Below the pieces are notes generated by a model. It searched no databases. It was not told the origin of the DNA and saw only the letters and a list, made by a program, of their open reading frames with translations. Positions 52,159 through 60,000 of a stretch of 60,000 bases of DNA are shown piece after piece (position 1 is the stretch's first letter; every line of letters starts with the position of its first letter). Source of the stretch: Amphiscolops sp. MND2022 (Eukaryota); contig OZ076409.1 of assembly GCA_964187785.1 (NCBI GenBank), positions 64,482,001 to 64,542,000 on the forward strand, written 5' to 3'. The translations under genes were made by a program, and so were the position numbers.

Positions 52159-54699
52159 GTTATTCACTGTAAGAATCTTGCATTTTCACCGAAAACGCCG
52201 ACTGAAAAGGCATAAATAATGATCACGGCATGATTATATTGTTGTGATCACAGTATAATACGTATGTTGGATCAACCTGGGATTTCTAATTGACATCCCA
52301 AAGTCAGAATAATTATCATATCATTTTAAAATTGACAATGTTTCTTTTTTTCGCCTTTGCAAGCCTTTCAGTTAGCTTTCAACATTTTCAAATCCAGCTA
52401 TAAAAACTGTAAATCATGTGAATCGTGGAAGATTTTTGAACGAGGCGCATCTCCTACAAGATTCTTTCAGCATTTCTTCAAAAAACTCATTTTCTTCAGA
52501 GATATTGAAAAATATCTTCCAGGAACCTTGCGAGATTGCCGGTTTGCGATAACTAGGGATTATTTAAAAATGCATCAATTAGGTCCCTAAAAATTGCTTC
52601 TGATGAACAACGGACCGGCTATTGCTGTTAAACACTAATTATGAAGGCTACGGGTTACATTTATATTTCCTCTCAAATTGCCCCATATTCAAAACCGGCT
52701 GGTTTGTGCCCCCGCATCCGAAGAGTTTAGAATTCCGCGACAGTGAATATGTTGAATCATAATTTCTTTCATCAAAAAGAGTTCACGCTTGCACCGCTCG
52801 AGCACTCAGACAAAAGTTACACACAATTGTCGGAAAAACTAACCCGTGTTTGCAATTTTCGATGGCTTCATTCCGAAGTAAAGCCTCTGAAGTAAAAATT
52901 TGAAGTATTTTAAAGCTTTTGAAGTATTTGACATACAAACCAAAGAATTGACTCGCCTAAGAGTTAATCAAACTAAATTGGTCTGTAATCAAACAGCGAC
53001 TGTTCGGAACACAAAACGAGCAAAAAGAAACCTCCAAAATCTTAGGTTTTCTTCAGAAATTAAATGACAAAATGACAGCAACATTGTATTTAGACATTTA
53101 GAATAGTTTTCAAAATCAATACCTTTCCTGAAGCTGTTTAGAGTTTTGATTCAGAGCCCATCTCATAATTGCATGAGAGTTAGATCTCATAGTTTGAAAT
53201 GAGAGTTAGAGCCCAGTTAGAGTGAGAGAGATTGATAGTCATTTCCCGCTCACTGTTTGTAAAAACAAACCGGCTAAGATACTTGCATTGATACAAAATC
53301 GTTTCACAGTAACTAAAGCACCTAATAGAAGCCAAAGAAAATTGAAACAAACTGGTAACAGCCCTCGCTTAAGGCTCAAAAAAGCAATCTTTTGAATATG
53401 ATCAAGGACAACCATTGAAGAGCCCTCATCAATCTCACAACACCACAAAACACCCGCAAGGGGCCTTTTGAGACTCAAGATATCTTGAACGAATTAGACT
53501 GATTGAAAGTTGTTCGGGCATCACAATGCCGAAAACTACAAGGCCGATTCAGTGTCTTTCAGATTGTGCTGGCTTGATAACCGTACCTTGTGTTGGTTCT
53601 TGTAAAATTTCTGAAAAGTTCTGAAAAACTAGCCGGCGAATAGTCTCACAAACACTTGAACCACATTCACAAAATCCATTGACTAATGCCCTCATGTGGA
53701 ATTTTTGAGCAATAAAAAGTATTTCAAACCAAGCTTCATTCAAATTTTCTAGAAGCGAGTCAATTCTTTGGTCAACCAAATTGGAACTTTCGAAAGAAAA
53801 TCTTAGTTCCGGTTGCAATTCCAACTCTGACAATATAAGCTGTTTCCAAATAAACAGCATGAAACAAACTTACGTGGGTTCTTGGCCAGTATATTAAGCT
53901 CTCTCCGTGACTTGAGTTTTCACAGGCAAATAAATTGTTCAGAAATGTACATACAAATACTGGATGCAGTTATGAATGGTTAAACACAGGTTAACAATCA
54001 ATGAATTGGACCAAATTGAATTCATTTGAGACGTAGAACAGTCTTATCAAATAACGGCCAGATTCATTTGAACTAAAGCACGTGTTCGCATATTGAATAC
54101 TTATTATTACATAACCAATCAAAGGCACTTTGGATGATGCACAAAATAAAAAAGTATTTTGATGAAACAGGTGCATATCACAATATATCTATGTGATATG
54201 ACAGAAAATACGACTGTTCTCGATAGGTTTTTAGCATCGTTTTAATCACGGCTCAAACAGAGGGAGCTATTCGGGAGCGACAACGCTGCCAAACTAGTAC
54301 ATTTTGGTACAGAGGAACTCGTGTAAAGGCACCTAAGGCGGCCTGAAAAAGTTATAAAATGATGTTGGTCTTATAATAAATAAATGAATTTATCTGTATT
54401 TAAAGCCAGAAAAGACCTCCAGTATCGCCCGTTTAGTGGAAGCCTTGAAGGGCCTGTCAATGTAATTTGGACAACATTTTTGAAACGGAAGTATTTACGA
54501 CAGTGAACATTTCTAAGTAATTTGGAGTAATGATCAAACAGAAGAAAAACAAGCATTTCACGAAAAAAAGAACCACAGAAAAGAATCAATGCATGCACCG
54601 CCTTGACAATCGAGTTCTAGATTGATTACAACTGAGAATATCTGTAGAAGTTACCTCTGTATTGACAGAGAATTTAAACCTTATGCGATAATGACTAGA

Positions 54700-55288
54700 A
54701 ACAAGCCGGGAACGGCATAATTTGGCGCCATATCTAAGGCTCAAAAATGTGAAGTATTCTTTTACAGTACATGAAAAACCGAAAAGTTGGACCGATATCG
54801 CGCGCTAAAAGAGGGGACCTTTCCGGATTTTTTAACAACCATTGTTGCAAAACATCAAAAATGAAGGGCAGAAAAATTATTTCGGCAATCTCACATTGCC
54901 AAAAAAACTGTAACGGGGGACCCTTTGGGATTTTTCGACAACCATTCTGTAGCAAAACATCAAAAAATTGAAGGGGGACCCTTTGGGAAAATCTTTTTTC
55001 TGAAAAAAAGTCTCACAGTGCCGAAAAAAACTGAAAGGGGGACCTTTTAGTCTCTCCCGGTATTGTATGTTACGCGGAAAAAGAGGAAAAACCTTTTTGG
55101 TTCAGTTCGCTAGGCCAAATGATGCAATTTGGGACCATAAAAGTTTGTAGAACTTTTAAGGACTATTTCGGTCAGTTCGTGTGGATTGAAAAAAGTCACT
55201 ATAATAGTCGCGTTTCACTTCATGAAGCGCCGACTAAAAAAGAGTCACTATAATAGTCGCGTTTCACTTCATGAAGCTCCGGGTAAAA
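54700..55288 (-). mobile_element. HINE family 1 with duplicated terminal hairpin
   Basis: Family 1 termini; GTCACTATAATAGTCGCGTTTCACTTCATGAAGC occurs twice in tandem. Confidence 0.8.
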
Positions 55289-55329
55289 ATCCGGGGAAAA
55301 GAAAAGTATCAATTGAATTCAGTAATTTT

Positions 55330-57150
55330 TCATTACAAATCCAGTGCCTGCGAGGTTCTTTATGACAATCCGTGGCATTAGGACAACAATAAGTAATGGT
55401 TCTCATGGAAATAATTTTTTAAACACCAATTTACAGTAACTGATTTACTTACAGAACAAATAACGACAAAAATTCTTCGATTGTCAATGACCTTGACAAC
55501 AAACTGTCTTCCGGCGATGATGAACTGCATAATGTGATCGGTAAAATGATCAGTAATGTCATTACATCCTTCCTAACAGTCCTCATCAATAAAACTCTTT
55601 CTCAAGGTGCTTTTTTTCGGATGCCCTAAAAAGCAAATGTGATTCCCATACATAACAAACCGGGACCGGCCCAAGTCGGCGCCATACCTATGGCTCAAAA
55701 GGACTTCAGAATGTCAAACTATTGGTGAATTGGGGAACCTTTTATGAAAATTCTTTTGGAAAAAAGTCTCACAATGCCGAAAAAAAACTGAAAGGGGGAC
55801 CCTTTGGTCTCGTCCGGTATTGTAAGTTACGAGGGAAACCTTTTTGGTTCGGTTCCTTGGGCCAACAGGTACAATTTGGCGGCTTCGTAAAATTTTGTAG
55901 AACTTTTGGGGTAGAACTACTTTGGTCACTTCAGATGTATTGAAAAAAAATTTAAAAATTAAAAAAAAACACTGACGAAAAGCCATGACTATAGTCGACT
56001 CTTTTCTCTAGAAAAGCGCCGACTAAAAAAAACGATCGAAAATAGATGACGATAACTACCGTCCTATTTCTCGGCTCAACCTATGAAGCAAAAATTTCGA
56101 AAGGGTCATGCATAAGAGTGTACTCTAACTTCGAGAAACTCAGTCAGCACGAGAAACAGTATGGGATCACAAAAGAAGAGATGACGCTGTTGCAGAAGTA
56201 CTTGGACGAGTGCGAGAACGAGATACCATAAATGTCGTAAACTTTCTAGACTTGAGAAAAGCTTCAGATACTCTCGGACCTTCAATCCTTCTTCGGAATT
56301 TGAGCGCGTACGGGGTTGTGTGGCAAATGCTTCGATAGGTTTGCTAGCTATCTTTCGGGTCGACAACAACGAGTCCAAGTGAAAACCGATACTTCTGACT
56401 GGTACCAGTTACTTCCGGGGTTTCTCGGGGATCAATTTCAATTTTTCTTCTCCCGATTTATATGAATGATCTTCCTAAAGTGACGAAGTATATTGAAGTG
56501 TTTTTAGTCGCTGATGACACAAATATCATAGCTCTCAGCCAATCAAGTGAAAACATAGAAAAGAATTTAGTTATGATAATCTCGAATTTGCTGATCCCAA
56601 ATGAGTTAGTTGTGGACATGAGAAAACTGTCGAAATGACGATGTCTAATGTTTCAAGTGCTATGCATTATCCGTATTCTATATGCGATTCTATTGTGAAA
56701 ATATTTGTTTGCAAATACCTTGGTATAAAGATTCAGTGTGAATTATCATTCCAGACACATATTGATTCTGTGCTGGAGACTCGGTAAAATGAACAAACTT
56801 AGGCACTATGTATCGCGGAAATAACTTATAGAATACATAGTACAAATCGAACGTAAAAACTATTATTCAAAATGGCATCCTTGTTTACGGGTGTAGTAAC
56901 AAAACTCAGCATAATTCAAAAATCAAATTTTAAAAATGTTGAAAATGAATCATTTCAGCAACAACGTCTTTACTGAAGACAAATTTGTCTGGAACCAAAA
57001 TATTACCAGTTTTCCAATCGTACATTTATGAATTATTGAAAGTCTTTCTACGATACATCGACCAAAATCACGAAAAAACGTTCTGAATGAATTTTTCGGT
57101 TATGAAAATTCGGCACGTCCGGCACGTCGATCTTCTCTGAAGCTACTACA
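55330..57150 (+). pseudogene. Decayed non-LTR retrotransposon (CR1/L2-like) reverse transcriptase
   Basis: Broken RT motifs in order: SSGDDEL, KANVIPIH, NYRPIS, FLDLRKASDT, SYLSGRQQRVQV, SGVSRGS, IYMNDLP, VADDTNI, KYLGI; many stops and frameshifts. May extend upstream to ~52800. Confidence 0.85.
55654..56032 (-). mobile_element. HINE family 1 inserted in LINE RT remnant
   Basis: Family 1 termini; splits the RT between VIPIH and NYRPIS. Confidence 0.85.
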
Positions 57151-57970
57151 AATTCCAGCACCAGAATCTAAACTTATTCGACAATGGATAGTGGAAAAAA
57201 ACTTTCTTAGCTGGACTGCAATGCACATTGACTTCGTCATGTGCAATAAAGGAAGTTAAGCGATGTACTATTAACCGAGTTTCGCTGCACTTGACAAATC
57301 AAGATTGTGATTTCGTTTTTCGCAACTGAATCAAAGCAAAACCCAGCTGGAAAAACTATCCGATTTATTCTAGGCTGCTAAAAATTACGAGCATATACGA
57401 AATTAATTTAGTAAAAAAAATTTAAAAATGCAGTTTTCAAAAATTGTAAACAGATTCACACCGAGAAGCGTTGAGGGATGAATGCTCAGTTGTGTTCCAT
57501 AGCATTAAAGCTAAAACGAAAAACTCAAATTTGTGTTTTTTTCGGTAACGGCAGTGTCGAAAAACCTGAAAGATGATTCTCTGAGCTCTTAGACCAGGGT
57601 GACCAACTATTTTTCCAAAAAAACCGACCACATGAAATTTAAATGAAAACATTTATTTAAGTCATTAAGCGCTTAGAAAAAACTACAATTGGAGTTCAAA
57701 CTAATTCATTGAACATTGAATCAATAACAGCTGATGAAGTTGCCTCATTGCGAGTTTGAGAGGACACAATTTGTTCGCTAAGCCTCTTGCGTTTGGCTTA
57801 TAGCTCTTGGAGTTACTTTTCCATGTCACTGATGGATTTATCCACACTTTGCATTTGTCTTTCTGCTGATTACCGGTGAGTCTGACGTACACACCAACGG
57901 ACCACTGCAAAGTTCCGGCACTTTCAGTTCCGGAAGCGTTGTTGCCTGCCTTTTCAGTCATGTCCTTTCA

Positions 57971-58530
57971 AGTCGGCGCTTTTCTAGTGAAAAGAGCCCG
58001 ACTATTAGTGACTTTTCACTCATCGCGTATGTACCACTTTTTGTGAAAGATTCACTTTCACCAAAAGTACTCAGTACTTGATTTTGAACGCATCCAAAGG
58101 CCTCTACCTTGAAATGCAAAACCCAGAAGGGTCCTCTTCCAATTTTTCGGCGCTATGAGACTTTGCCCGCCCATTTTTCGGCTTTGTGAGACTTTTTTTC
58201 GAAATTTTTTTGAGTCTTGAAAGGGTCCCCCCTTCTATTTTTTTTGGTGTTTTGCACCTGAATGGATGTTGAAAAAACCTAAAGGGTCCCCTTTTCAATT
58301 TTTCGGCACTATGAGACTGTTAGAAATTCTCATTTTGTTTTTTTTGGAAAATTTCAAAAATTTACCGAAATTTTTCAATGTCTCCGAAGGGTCGCTCCTT
58401 CATTTTTTTGATATTTTGCAACAAGCTGGATCTTCAAAAAGCCCAAAGAGTCCCCCCTTCTACAATTTTAAAAACTTTGCGCTTTTTGAGCCTTGGATAT
58501 GGCGTCGACTTTAGACGTTCCCGTCTTGTT
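57971..58530 (+). mobile_element. HINE family 1
   Basis: Family 1 termini. Confidence 0.8.
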
Positions 58531-58539
58531 GTATTCTGA

Positions 58540-59990
58540 TGCGGCTTTCGCCATAAGGTCGTGAAGACGTGAAGGCATTGCAAAAAGATTCAAAATTTTT
58601 TAAATTGAAAAAATCTCTGACGATACTAATGTATAGATAAGATTCCTAAATTTCATCATGGAGAAGCTGCTTTCAACAGTCATTATGTGTTATTTCATTT
58701 AGACCAGAGGCTGCAGTTGATTTTTTTCAATCTGTTATTTAATCTGTTATTCGTGAAATCTTTCAAAGGAACGAGCAATAGATATTGATAGCGAACCATG
58801 CGGTTAAGCAAAAAGTCTTTAAAAGGACTATTCCATACAACGATTTATTCATTGAAGTCCAGTAGGATTGAATGTTCATTGTAGTCAGATTAAGATTTGG
58901 CCCTACTCGAGAAGCAACCTGAGTGATGGCCGCAAGCACCAGTTCAAGAAACTCAACTAAGGTGATGCTAGGGCACTGTCCTGAATAGGGTAAAAATTAG
59001 AGAGGCCTCAAAGTAATAAAAAGCTGATCCATGTTAACTAAAAGATTAGGAATACTTAACAATTCCTTCACATTTGCATTATGACTGATAGAAGCAATTT
59101 TTTGAATTCTAAAAAGAGAGACTGGCCCAGAATCTCGTCCGCGCATTGCAAAACAGTTATCGTTCATGAAATACACTAAGTTTGCCGTACTCATTCTGTA
59201 ATTTGTCAGAACGGTTTTCACTTCATTCACAATTTTCGACGAAGACAGAAGCTTCACAGTTTTCGATGCCTGAAGTTTGCTTTCCAAGAAACCATTAATG
59301 TTCACATCAACAGATAACTGGCTGGTGAACAAATATCTTGAAGTACGTTCATCATTATCAAGGAATGTGACCCAAATCTCAAGACGCACTTTTCCATTCT
59401 AATAGTTTCGTCAACATGGATAACCATACAATTTGTCAGAGAGGGAACCAGTAAGTTCTTCCCGACAGAAAAGAGCTATCACTTTATTAAGAATATATGA
59501 GGCTTTAGTCCTACCACAGCGGATGGTCGATATTTAGCTATCTGGAAACATTTTTGAATACAATCCCCTTTTGGAGGAGAACGGATCACTGGAACGAAAC
59601 GACGCCCCATCCAAAACTATCTTTGGGCAGTGCAAAAACAATGTCTTGTATTGCTTCTTCTGATAGATAAGCATTGCTAACACTGGCGATAATAGATGGT
59701 TGAGAAGGCAATTCTCCTACAGCTCTCTTATGTATTTCACATTCCGGATGTTTTTTCAGGTCTTTTTGTCCAGATGACACATTGATAATTTTCTGATCGA
59801 TAATTTTTTAAACGACATTGGCGTGAGATGGTTCGCCTGGCGCAGGCAGAGCCCAGGGATACGAAGTCTGCATTTCCGAAATCAAAGTAAACTTGCCCTT
59901 TTCCAAATTCTGAAAAACGCAAGTCCACTAGAATCAATGTTTCTCAATATTGGAAATAACTAATGATGTGAAGTGAAATCAAGTAAACAT
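58540..59990 (-). pseudogene. Decayed hAT-superfamily transposase
   Basis: Fragments GQKDLKKHPECEIHK, MFPDS*ISTIRCGRTKASYIL, HVDET, FMNDNCFAMRGRDSG in the expected order, with stops and frameshifts. Confidence 0.7.
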
Positions 59991-60000
59991 CATACTGCAC

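Noticed and set aside
57701..57961. Possible BED zinc-finger remnant
   Set aside because: Cys/His ligands incomplete; similarity too weak.

Overview
AT-rich eukaryotic, most likely invertebrate animal, genomic DNA with spliceosomal introns and dense non-autonomous transposons. A minus-strand multi-exon gene can be assembled from phase-compatible GT-AG exons (ATG 44261 to stop about 7094, about 689 aa). It encodes a coiled-coil protein with a C-terminal transmembrane segment, TMCC/TEX28-like. The 3' exons of an unrecognised plus-strand gene lie at 2381-3823. The standout is an intact ~3.3 kb element (about 20574-23897) in an intron of the minus-strand gene, between two pure (TAA)n arrays (~116 and 22 units). 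It encodes one intronless 748-aa zinc-finger + tyrosine-recombinase protein and has six CCATAGAG boxes clustered towards its ends, i.e. a Crypton-like, apparently microsatellite-targeted YR DNA element. The rest is repeats: three families of Helentron-type (DINE-1/HINE-like) elements, some carrying tRNA-derived Pol III modules or a 172-bp tandem array; nested MITEs with 8-bp, 9-bp, TA or TTAA target duplications; a decayed CR1/L2-type LINE; and a decayed hAT transposase. All calls were made by eye, with no database searches.
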